The notes under the pieces are model-generated. The model worked only from the letters and a program-made list of their open reading frames with translations, did not search any database and was not told the DNA's origin. 64,000 nucleotides of DNA from Camelus dromedarius (taxonomy: Eukaryota), in the NCBI RefSeq assembly GCF_036321535.1, contig NC_087436.1, forward strand, positions 20,152,001-20,216,000, read 5' to 3'. The position numbers and the translations under genes are program-made. Of the stretch, positions 25,659-38,693 are shown piece by piece (the stretch's first letter is position 1; the number at the start of each line of letters is the position of its first letter).

Positions 25659-28600
25659 TTCTACACCTTCCAGAGACTCCCGATTTCTGCTGAATTTTTC
25701 TCTAGGTCTCAACAGGGACGTTGAAAGAAAACACTAAGTTTGGAAGACCTGACTATCTTATGCTTAAACTGCTGAATTGTTCTTTGAAGTAATGTATCTG
25801 ATGTAAAAGGGAGTTCAAAGCAATTCAGTGCTGAGCTGTGTATCTGCAGCTTAGAATTCCAGACCCCTTTTGTCCTCTCCCACAGAAACAGTAACCAGGT
25901 GTGCTCCACGCCGCGTTACAGAGGGAAAACGCCCACTTAACTCTGGGCGTGTGCGGGGCTGAGGCCCCCCGCACTGTGACTGAGTGGGCTTCTCCCAGGA
26001 GGTGTAGGGCTGCTTCACAGTGGTCTCCGGGAAAAAGCCCCTTGCTCTTATTCCCACATCAGACACTTCACAACAGGAAAAAGCTAAGGAAAATCCTGAG
26101 ATGTTCAAATTTAGCAGATCTTGGACCCAAAGTTTTCGAGAACTGGTCTATGAATGGTTCACCAGACTCTTGGCTAAAGGGGAGGATGAAATGATATTCG
26201 TGGAGTCTCAAAATGCCTAATTTCAGCTGGTTTTCCACCTCCTCCCTATCAAAAACTTTTTACAAGTAAATTATTAAGAGTAACCAAATCATCTCAAGAT
26301 TAACTTTAAAAAAAAAACCACAAACTTTCCATCTTATGTCAGACAAAAACAGCAATGAAATGAACAAAAAAGGAAGATGATGGTCAGCAGTACAAACTGA
26401 AAACTCATCTCTAAAAAAAATGACCATAGGGAGACATTAAAACCAGCATTTTCATTGAACAGTAAAAATGTACCAACTGTGCTCACTATTAATGTAGAGA
26501 CATTAATAATACACATGGTCCCTGACCTCATGAAGCTCTATTTACTATCCTGCAAGGAAGACTAACAGAATGGTAAATTTAAGTGTGAAGAACAGTAGGA
26601 AAAAATTCAGATTGCTATGCAAAACAGAGACCAGCCTACTGGGGGGAGGAGGAGGTTATCAAGAAAGGCTTCTCTCTCTGTGAAGCTGGCCTCCATTAAG
26701 CTTAGGTCTGAAGGAGAAATAAGAGTGGGTGAGGCAAACAGGGAGGAGAAACGAGGTGCAGAGGAAAACTGTGCTAGGTGTTTCCGTGAGACTCAAGCAG
26801 ACATAGAGTGGAACAGTGGGAAAGAAGATGGAGAGGCAGGCCAGCGCCAGAACCTGCAGAGCTGCGGGTAAGAGCGTAAGAGCGTCGGAAGCATCTTTAA
26901 AGAACACTCCCTGTAAAGCAGTGGTCCCCCCGCAGGGGACACTAGTCAGGAGACAGCAGGCAGCACAAGGGCACCACAAGACGAAAGGGTGGAGCTGAGC
27001 AGCAGAAGGGTGGCTGGAGGAAATACATCCACAGTGTTTTCTCAATACTGAACCTTAGTTGTCTGACACACAGGTCACTTAATTTATAGGGACCTGAGTG
27101 TCACTGTTTGTGAAGTGGGATTAGACTCTTCCCTGTGTACCTCTTAAACTTACTACTGGGATCAAAAACCCATGAATCTAAACAATCTTGTTGTACATAT
27201 TACACACTCAGAGTTACATCACAGTGAGTGTAACAAGCAGTAAAGAATGTCTGTATTAGAACAAGAATTCAGCAAAATTGTTGGAAAAAAGCAAGTATAG
27301 TCCTAGCCATGAACATTAACAACATGACTTTTAAAAGGATACAATAAAACCCAGTTATCTAGAAATAAATCTAAGAAAAGACATGCAAGAACTTTATGGA
27401 GGAAACTTAAAGACTTAAATAAATTTAGAAAAATATTGTGCTCAAGAGCATAACTAGGTCAGTCCTTCTCCAAATGAAATCAACGAAATTTCAGTAAAAC
27501 CTCCAGAGGATTTTTCACAGGACTTGACAAAGCAATACTAAAGTACATAGTGCAGAAATCACAAAACTATGATGCGGAATGAATATAGCAAGTTGTAGAA
27601 GGATACTCCAATATCATTATATAACACCTTTAAATATACAAAATAGTATATACTGTCAAGGATTCGTACAGAGGTAATACCAGTATTGGGAATAATAAAG
27701 ATTAACTCTAACTGTCAAATTCAGAACATCAGTTACTGAAAGCAAGTGGGTGTTGGATACAAAGATGTTTACTATATTATTCCCTAGTCTTTAAACTTTT
27801 TGTATGTTGCAAATATTCCATAAAAAGCCAGAATGCCTTGTACTGGATGGAGAGCCCTGGTATTATAGGATCTAGCTTAGTAGTTCCCAAACACCAACCC
27901 AAGAGCTCCCGTCAGCACCACCTGGAGCACTCAGTAAAAACACAGATTAGCGGGCTATGCCAGAATCACAACCTCCGGGAAGCAGCCATGTGAATCTGCG
28001 CACAGCCTCATTTGGGAGCCCTTGCCACCATGAGCTATGAATAACTAATCCATCAACAAAATTGGTTCCGACCTGACAGTGAGACATTTAAGTGCTTGGG
28101 ATTGCCTAATCAGTTTCCAACTGATGCAACTGTCTAGAATTTGGACTCTCATCTGAGGGCAAACCCAGGCGAATTTTAAAGTAGATCCTTTACTATGCTC
28201 CCCCACCCTGCACTGTCCCCTGCCAAAGGTCATACACGTAAAAACTAGGACTCTCTTACAGAGTAGTTGTATGAAATGATTCCACAGCAGAACATAATTC
28301 CTTCCTGCCCTCCACAGGGACTAAGCCATAACAAAATCCCATGGACGACGAGGATAAAGCGATACAAGTCACTGGCAACTGCCCTTAAGTACGTAGATGG
28401 CTACACCGTGCTTCTCTCCTTTCCTGATTTTTCTCCCCTTGCAATAAAATCATAGCTAAAAGTGTCTAGAGAAAGGCACACAACCGAAGGGAAACATAAA
28501 GAATAAACTTAGAAAGGAATAACTTATTACAAGTTAGTGGTGTCAGTACCACTATGACCGTTTTCACAGCACCTAAGAAATAATGTCAACCAGAGAGGAG

Positions 28601-28745
28601 TACATGGTTGGAGCATATGAAATGTCCAAAGGCTGACAAACATAGCTTTTCCCCTAATGCTTAAAAATTACAACCAAAAACATGGAAAGGGATGACCTGG
28701 ATAAACGACACAAATCCGCTAAATGTGTCAGCACAAAAGGACTCA

Positions 28746-29326
<581 letters not shown>

Positions 29327-29438
29327 CTAGAAAAGAGAAGAGGGAAAAAGATGTTTAAAATCTTCTCTACCACAAACCCATGATTTATTAAACAATTTCT
29401 CTGGGCCAGGTACTAAAGTACTTGTGTGTATTACAGTA

Positions 29439-29713
29439 TGCTATGGACGGAATTATGTCCCCCCTAAAACTCATGTTGAAGCTCTTACCCCCCAAGTGTG
29501 ACTGTATTTGGAGATGGGGCCTCTAACAAAGTAATTAAGGTTAAAAGAGGTCATGAGGGTGGGGCCCTGATCTGATAGGATTGGTGGCTTCACGAGAAAG
29601 AAGGAGAGATTTTTCTTTCTCTCTCTCCCTCCATGCGCACCCACTGAGGAAAGGCCACATGAAGACACAGAGAAGGCAGCTGTCTGCAAGCCTGGAAGAG
29701 AGCCCTCACCAGA
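29439..29713 (+). mobile_element. MLT1A-like LTR, 3'-truncated, followed by an old L1 ORF2 fragment (~29720-30310)
   Basis: TGCTATGGACGGAATTATGTCCCCCCTAAAACTCATGTTGAAG...GAGAGCCCTCACCAGAA. Confidence 0.85.
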
Positions 29714-32700
29714 AAGATTAACAAGTTTAAAAACTTAACTCAGTTCATGTATGTAGATCATTAAACCTAACAACTGGAGTATCCAAACTGACCAAATAAT
29801 GAGCCATTAAGCAAATCTCAACACTAGCAAAGGAATAAAACCATACAATTCCCTTTGATCACAGTATAACTAAGAATAAATGCCAAAAATACTGTTATTG
29901 AAAATAACTGCACTTTTAAATAACCCATAGGTCAAAGAAGAAAATACAGGGGAAATTAGAAAGTATTTGGAACAGAATGATTATAAAAATATGACACAAA
30001 AAAACTTGTAGGATGTGGTTCAATCGTGCTTAGAGGGAAATTTAGTCTTGAATGCATATATTAGAAAAGAAAAAAAGCTGGAAACAAATTTTATATTATC
30101 TATCACAAGAAAAAGATAAAAAAAAAAAGAGAGAGAGAGAAACAGCAAATTAAACCCAAAGAAAGCAGAAGGAAATGAGAGCAAAAATTTAAATTAAAAA
30201 AAAAAAGTGTAACAGAAAATCTATAAAATCAAAGTCAGTTCTTTGAAAATACTACTAAAAGTGGATATTCCTCTAGCAAAACTCATCAAACTACCAGTAA
30301 CAGGAATTACTGAGCCTCAGAACGTGAAGGGATAATGATTATGAACAGCTATCACAGCAAATCGTGCATGTCTATGGCTACCATGTGGCCGTCTCCACAC
30401 CTGCCTTCCTCACTAGAGGAAAATGATTCAGGAATTATATATTATTGTTTTCCTATCTCTGGTGCCTAGCATTGTAGCTGGACCATATCAGAGTCTGAAT
30501 AAATGTTTAATGAATGACTTAGCTCCCTCAAGGAATCAGAAGGCCAAGTGTGGAGCTTCAACAGGCTGTAGGAGGTTGTTTCCTTTTGTAAATAGTTTTA
30601 CTCAGATTTACTAGTTCTTTGACACTGGTATTATTTTCATTTAACAGAAAAAGAGAAAACAAAACCATGCTATTATCAAAAGTCACACTTGGTCAGAGTG
30701 CACCTCCTGAAATGATCATTCACTTTTACTAAAGGTTTATTTTGCAAAAGAACAAGAAAGACAACTTCTTTTTCTTCTCCTCTAGTAACAATTTATAAAA
30801 GGAACACATTTCTTCTTATTCTGCATATCCTTTTCTTCAACTCCAGAAACTGCTTTTTTCTAGTCAACAGTTTTCAAGTTAGAGGGGGTGTGTTTATTAT
30901 CAAAATCACTTGGCGCTATTTCAAACTCTATCACTGATGGGTTTGTTATATAAGGTAAGAATATTGGGGGTAGGGGAGAAGATTAGGAACCACCATTTCA
31001 GACCTTTGTTTTAATTATTCCAATTGACATTTATTCACCAAAGCTGTAATGAGTACCTGCTGAGCACCTGTGGTATACACAGAGGACGGAGGCAAAGATG
31101 TCTCCATCCTTAACGGGCACACAATTTAACCGAAGAGTCAGTGTGTAAACAATGAACTCTCATGAAGCAAAATTCGCTCCCCTGAATGCCAACACTGGAG
31201 GACTGTACTGCAAAGTCTCAGGGCAGAACTCAGCAGGAAGGAGGGCATGACCACACTGAGGCAGACCCTGTGTGCAGGAACAGGAGTGGCAGCCTGTGTA
31301 CTGTGCGGTACCCACCATCAACCAATCATAACACTGGGTGACGAAAGCTCTACAACAGGTATAAATGATAATACATAAAAGCAGAAAAGCAATTAACTTT
31401 TACAATTAATTCCAGGCATTTCAGGAAGTTTTCCCAAAGAGAAAGTATCAGACAGGCCTTAAAGGAGGAGCAGAATTTTGCAAATCAATAGCGTTAAAAT
31501 TTTGAATGATCATTACATGACAGACACTATTCCAAGAACTTAATATCCATTAACTAGTTCAGCCTTTGCCACAAACCCTCTTTAGTGAACACTTTCATTT
31601 TCCCCATTTACCGGGTAAGGAAAGTAAAATACGGAAAAGTAAAACAACTTGTCCAGGGTTTATGTGCACAGTTCTAAATGGCAGGGCCAGAGTTCGAACC
31701 TGTGTCATCTGGCTCTAGAGCCTCAATTTTTAAACCACTTTTCTAAATTGCTAGTTCTAACAGACATAATAGAAATACTAGGGTTCAAGGTTGTTACAAA
31801 CAAGGCTGATAAGGGCAGGGCGTGGCTGTGAAGGGCCTGTGATACATCTTACCCTGTGGACAAATGGAAGGTTTTAAATCACAGCATCAGTGTGATGAGA
31901 TTTATGTTTTAGAAAGACAGCTAAGGTGATATCCTCAACACAGAAGGCTTCTCCACCAGGGAATAAAAAACAAAACAAACTACTGCTTCCAAATACTGTG
32001 GGCCAGTTGGGGGGTTTGCTGTGACAAGATCACAGACTGATGCATATTAAACGCACACACCAAACAAAATGCAGGCTGACTTTTGCCTACTTGAGTTAAG
32101 CACTTTAATATTCAAGTCAAACAAGTAGCGTACCTGCCATCAGGCACTCAATGAGTCCATGGCACCCTGGCCTTGGCAAGCCAACTCTTTTTTTTTTCTC
32201 TGCCCCTTTTTGTACTTCCTGCTTTAGTTTATGTCAAAAGCTAAGTGGCCTTATCAGTTTAAAGTGCAAAATAAAAACATGAGTCAGCAAACAGAGATTT
32301 CCTTCCCTCTTCTCCAAATACAAACATTTCACACTGACAGAAAGAGAAAAGGCATTCACCTGGTAAAGAGCCCCCAAGAAGCCTTAAAAAAGAAGCGAGA
32401 TTTATGTTTCAGCAACTTCACTTCTAGAAATTCACTCTAAGGAAATATTCTGCACTGGAAAGGTAAAGTTTTTTGCACAGTGATTTTTATCACAGCATTC
32501 TTTGTTATAAAGGGGAAAAAAAAGAAGTATCTAAAAATTGGAAAATAATTACACTATAGTATAATCCACTCAATAGAATATTATGTAGCCCTTAAAAATT
32601 ATGTACATAATAACTTGGGGGAAAACCTTAAGCAGAACATAAACGGCATATATAGTAGGAACAACTATGTAAATATACCAAAATATTAACAGTGGCTGGA

Positions 32701-35700
32701 TTTGGAAGGTTAATAATCTCTCTCTCCTACCTGTTAAAACTTTTCAAACATTCTTTCATGAAAAACTATAACTTTCAAATTTCTTAAAAGCCTCTATACA
32801 CAAATATTTGCAAATTACCCACCCCTCCCATCCAAATCAGTTCGTTAACTCAAGCCACATACAAAGTCCACTTATAAATCAGCTTGGATTTATAGTGTGG
32901 TCCGATTTTGGAAGTAATAAAAATGCAGTTTAAGACAGGGTTCTAAATAGAGAACCTTTCCCTATGGAGTCTAGCCCGTGGGAGGCATTTCTATTAGCAG
33001 TGCCAGAAGCCAAATGAGAGAAATACTCTTATAATGCTCCTTTTGACACGGCTATTTAATTTTGCAGCGTCTGTGGTATTCCTTAATGTTAAAAGGAAAA
33101 AGAGCAAAAAGTTGTAGAATGCCTTTCACTGCTGTGTAACTCGCTTTTTATTTAAAGGAAGCCTAATCAGCTAACTGCACAACAATGAGAAAATTTTCTT
33201 CATCTTGGCCTCGTCTAGTAAAGAAACATGTCATTTTCCAGTTGCATGAACACCAACAAAATACACTCTCTGCCATTCAATACCTCAGATCCCAGAGTCC
33301 CAGAGAAAGTTTCGAAAGAAAATTATTCTAATTCGTATCTGAAGATACAATAAAAAGGCACGGGGTTGGGTGGGGGAAAGGGGGGGGTCATGGCAAAGTG
33401 CTACAAACCAACTCCCTTTAATAAAAGGATGAGGAGAGGAGACAGATAATGGCCAACTGCCCCTGTAGCTTCAGACTTGTGCTGTTTTACAATTCTTGCC
33501 CTGGCACAGAATTCAGTGAACTAGACAAGATAAATAATCTCCTTAAATATTGAGGGAATGATTAAATTATTCAATAAAATAAACATAAAATATGGGCTCC
33601 AAAAAGTGATTGGGGGTAAAATATCAAAGACTTCTAGTACCTTCAAAAAAGAGACTGACAAAAGATAAACTGTCTGTTGTCAATGAAGCAAGCAACTTGG
33701 CCCCCCCACCCCTTCTTGTTCTTTGGTTCATTACTCTGTCTTAACTCTCCTGGTAAAACATCATGGCATAAAGATCAAGAGCAGCAAGGAACTAAAAGTG
33801 CAGGATACTGATTAACTTTACTTTGGAACTGTTTTAGTTACTTAAGAAAGAAAGATAACTTTATAATAATTATCTTCCCATTAAAAATGTCTGATCCACT
33901 TTTGGGGCATGGGGGAACAAGGATTTCCAAGTAACTAAACAAAGTTAGTTACTGTATGCAGATCTCTGACTTATACCACTAGCTCTTTTTGTGAAGAAAC
34001 AGAAAAGGTGAGAGTCCAGCTCCCAAAGTGCTACTGTGGGTGTCAGAGAAGTTGTAAGCAAACTGTATGATTTCCGCAGCTCCGTAGTTTTTACATCTAA
34101 ATCATTTCACCACATACCTCACTAGAATGCCATGGAGATGCAAAGTACCTCGGAGGTGTGCTGTGTAAAGTGACTGGTGGAGATACTAATTACTGCTGTG
34201 AAAAGGTACGTACCTATCCTAACATCTGATTTTCGGTAAGAACTGCCTCCAGTGAGATGCTTAGCTAAATTAAAACATGAAAAAGGGTGAAAAAGTGAAC
34301 ATACCAGGGGATCTGTAATGCAACTTTTCATTACTCCAACATGGACTATGTTTTCTTAACCTACTTGATTTCACTTAAGGACTGACATCAACTGTATGCT
34401 CCTAACCAAAAGCAGAATTGTCCAAGACAGATCATAATTTCCAAAGAGGATAAACCAGACACCTTAACACTCATAGCACACTCCTGACACTCATAGAAAC
34501 CATAGAATCACAGACTAGACACTATAAATTAGGGTTAAAAATGCTTGAAAAGGGGAAGGCCAAATTCCAGAGACTCGATGCCAGCATTTTAAAACATAAG
34601 GAGCAATCCATCATTAAGCCAAGAACAGCAATGAATTTTGCTGGTAAGGGTATGATGGAGAATTCACTAAAAGGGGAAAAAAAAAACACAATCATATTCA
34701 TTAGGCCTAAATAAAATCAGGCTACATAATTAATCAAAAGTCCTGAGGAATTGAGAACTTACCAGACTTCTGATAAAGCTAAGATTACTTAAAAGCAGAA
34801 CAGGAGGCAACCCACCCAGTGGCTCGGCAGGAGGGAGAGTCAGGGCAGCGGCAGCGGCAGCAACACATGTGCTCCCACCTCCCGATGGAGAACCAAGCCT
34901 GGGAACGGGACCCAGGAAAACCAGTGATGAAGGCGAGTGGAGACAGTATCGCGGACCATGCAGAACACAACCAGCGTGGTACCCAGTCTGAACAGTTCCT
35001 AATAAAAGCATGATTGACGTTGATGGTGCCGCTCCTTCAGAGAAATGACACAGCTTATCTACTCTTAAGGCAGAGAGGAGAAAATAAAACACAAGTAAAA
35101 TCTGCTACACGGTATAATGCCATCACAGTGACTATAAAAACGGAGACGAGGTTTCTCTAGCTATTTCAGTCTAAGAAAATTCCCCAAAGCAACAATGGTC
35201 TGGTGATTCGGTTTCAACAAATAATGTGATCAAATGTTTCTTTTCCCCAGTTACTCCAATTAGGAACTCACTTGGTTTTGAGATATTTGTCTTGAAGGAG
35301 CAAACAGCTGAAGTGCTTCTGTCTTTCTTTTTCCTGTTCTAAAATAGCAGTTAGCCCTCGACTTTCAACATTTCTCAATTTCAGTTGGGTTAAGTATAGC
35401 TAAATAAAGCTCATCACTAACCAAAATAAAAGAGGGAAAAAATCCTAACAGGAAGAAAGTGAGGATGAGTAAGACTTCCCTCCATTTCTTTCACAGATTT
35501 GAAAGCACTTTTTAAGCTACCTACTTCATTGCTGAGAACCTGGGCCCTCAGGAACTCTACTTTGATTAAGTCTTCCGAAAAAGAAAATATATTTAAACAC
35601 AGTTCCCACACACAAATGCGAGATGAAGACCCACTGGGGATCACAGCACCCTGCTGCTCTTCGATCAAAGCCACAGTTTGCTCCACAAACACCCAGAGGT

Positions 35701-38309
35701 CAGACTGCACTTTACTGAGCCTCTGACTATGACACCTTGTTCTGGTTACTTCTGAACATTTACCAACTTTCTAAAAGTGTGATGCATGACACAGAAATAG
35801 CTAGTTTGCCATTTTTTCATTAAAATTCTTTTCCAGAGATTAATTTTCCAAATCTGGAGAAACCGGGGACGGGGTGGTGAAGGTGCAAGAGAGGAGGGGC
35901 TCTTGAAAGCCGACTTTTTGTCATGTAATTATGCAGGTCTCAGTGCTCTTAAAACACAGGCACTAATAGCCGGGTCTTGCGGTCTCTCAGGTATGAGTGT
36001 GATGCTCGCAGGAGCTGGGATGGGGGCTCGCAGCGGAGTGTTAAGTGAGTGGGAATCTCAGGAATCAAAAAGAAAAGGAGTAACACGGAGACTCTGAATT
36101 CCAGTTTACCACCTACCACTTCTAAGTTCATTGCCAGCTGTGACATTTCAGCCAGATGATTTCAAAAGTAGCATCCTCCCAACGAAAAGGAAGCGAGGAA
36201 TTTATGGATGTCACACCTGATCCAAGTCTCTAAGGACAGGACTGTAGTTTACATATTTAGTTGTGCCAAGTAATGCCATTCAGTGCATCTTCATTGTGTT
36301 AGAAAATTCTTGAAGACAAGAACTCTTTCTGGGTCTGCTCTGCATATACAAAGTCCTTCCATCCAGACAAATCTAGGCTGCTTATAAGGCACCTGGTCAG
36401 TTTTTCTTAGTCACAGAGACTCCCCATAGAATAGCAAGTGTCCGTTCTGTTTTGTTTCATTAGATGATTACTTGTTTAGTTAAGCAGACTGAAGACACTT
36501 AAAAAGTTTTCTTACTGTCCTCAACTTCAACAAACTTGTCTTACTTCTACATCTCCTTGCCACTTCCTCTAAATGTTGTACAACATTCCTTAATCCCACT
36601 GAATCTTTGTTCTCAAATTCATACTTATAATGGAAAACTGTCCTCTGGTACATGGTAACCTTTCAAGATATCCAGGTTGTAACTGCCTCACCCTGATAAA
36701 TCTCATCTGTATTCACCTCAGCTCAGAAGTTAGAGTCACTTGGCTGCAAGTGCTCACCCGTCAAACACAGGAGACTGAAGACCAGAGGCATTTTAAAATT
36801 TAACTTTACTGACTACAAGAGGAAAGTCTACAGTAGTCTCGTAGGAAAAAAACTGTTCTGAGTCACTGTTATCATAGAAAAGCAGTTTTACAGATTGCAA
36901 AGAATGCTAAATGTGGTAGATTTCCAAAAGTGACCAGTTATGAATGGTTCAATAATTAATAAATGAAAGGAAATTATTTTAACTGAGCTATCACCTTCTG
37001 CAAGGGTTACATGGGTAGTTTTTACAGACACTATCCTGTTGACTTCTCACAGGAGGCCTTCAAGAGATGTATCATCTCCATTTTCCTAATAAACCTGAGA
37101 ATCAGAGGTTGTTAAACAGCTTTCTCAAGATCATATTCTAGTAAGTGACAGATTACATTTTAAACCAGAACAGGTACTAAAGTCTATTCATCAGGTTTTA
37201 AAAAATAAGTAATTCAAATGCCAAATTCATAGGTGAAAAAGGAACAGGCCAGAGGAGGGAAAAAACGATGCCTTTTATTTTTAAAAAAAAATCCTGCTGT
37301 ATTTCATTTTTTGGAACACACTTCTCCCCATCCACTGATCTCGCAGGTGCTGTTTACAACACGCACGCACATCTGTAGGGGTGAGCTGACATACACAAGG
37401 CAGGACGGCTTGAACCCTCTCCCTATATTTAGATCCTCCAGCTCCACTCTTAATTGAGTAATTTAATCAGGACCCTCTAGAAGGGAAACACATCCATATT
37501 CATCACAGGCATCAAAGGAAACATCTTTACAAGTTATATCCTTTTACAAACCAACATATGGTCTCACGCCATTCTCCCAATTGTTGAACTCCTCCTCTGG
37601 GAAGAGCATGGAATTTTATTTCTTTTTATCACTTGAAAAAATCACTTCCCTCCTAATTCAGTAAAACTGGGTGGAGGCCACTTCCTCCACAGGTGAGAGA
37701 AATAAACCTTGTTGCTCTGTCATTGTCAGGAATTTTAAAGTTAACCATTTATTTTATATGCTTTCAAAATGAAAACAAAAGGCAGACTAAATCCAGAATA
37801 AGAAATCAGGGCAGCTTCTCCAGACGTTCAGATAAGACCCCCCCACCCAAAGTCATTTGAAGATGTATTTAAATGAGAAAACAAGAGCCCTTCACTTGGA
37901 ATGAAAAAGGTAGGTGTGAAGGGCAGCCTTCCACTTCGTAGCTGATCTTTGAACAAAACACCTCCCTGAGCCTCAGTTTGCTTTCCACCAAACTTTGATT
38001 CCAACACCGACCCCGCTGGGTTATCATCCTTAAACATGAACATGTACAATGATTCAAAAATTATAACATGCTGAAAAGGGTAACATTTACAGGGCAGTTT
38101 CACAAATAAGCTAGTTTCAATATTTTGTGTATACAAAAAAAAAATGAAGTGTCTGTTCCAGTTTTTGTCTGTCCAGTGGAAGTTCTAACGGTACAAAAAA
38201 ATAAAAAGAATGATAAAAAGAAAAGCTGGTAACACTGCAGTCACTCAACTCATTTGACAAACACCTACTAAGCGCTAGACGCTATTCCAAGCACTGGACG
38301 AGACAGTTA

Positions 38310-38505
38310 TTTTACAAGAAACTGAATATAGTTCCCTGTGCTATACAGTAAAGTAACTGTTTCTTGTAGTAAGCTACAATGGAGAAGAATCTGAATATAT
38401 GTATATATGTAGGTATATGTATAACTGAATCACTTTGCCGTACACTTGAAACTAACATTGTAAATCAACTACACTTAGATAAAAAATAAAAATTTAAAAA
38501 AAAAA
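38310..38505 (+). mobile_element. Short L1 3' end with inverted 5' segment
   Basis: 38310-38350 is antisense L1 3'UTR; 38359-38505 is the sense continuation ending in poly-A. Confidence 0.82.
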
Positions 38506-38528
38506 CATTTTTTTTTAAAAAGTCCACC

Positions 38529-38693
38529 GGGGGAGGGTGTAGCTCAGCGGTAGAGTGCCTGCCTAGCATGCACAAGGTCCTGGGTTCAATACCCAGTACC
38601 TCCATTAAAATAAATAGATAAATAAACCTAATTACCACCCCTCCAAAAAAAAAAAAAAAAAACAATAAAAATGCTTTAAAAAGAAAGTAATAG
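38529..38693 (+). mobile_element. Vic-1-like SINE (long-tail form)
   Basis: GGGGAGGGTGTAGCTCAGCGGTAGAGTGCCTGCCTAGCATGCACAAGGTCCTGGGTTCAATACCCAGTACCTCC. TSD AAAAAGTCCA at 38517-38526 and 38694-38703. Confidence 0.92.

Noticed and set aside
38529..38603. tRNA-Ala-like gene
   Set aside because: Non-pairing ends, A-rich tail, TSD and six diverged sibling copies identify it as a SINE, not a tRNA.
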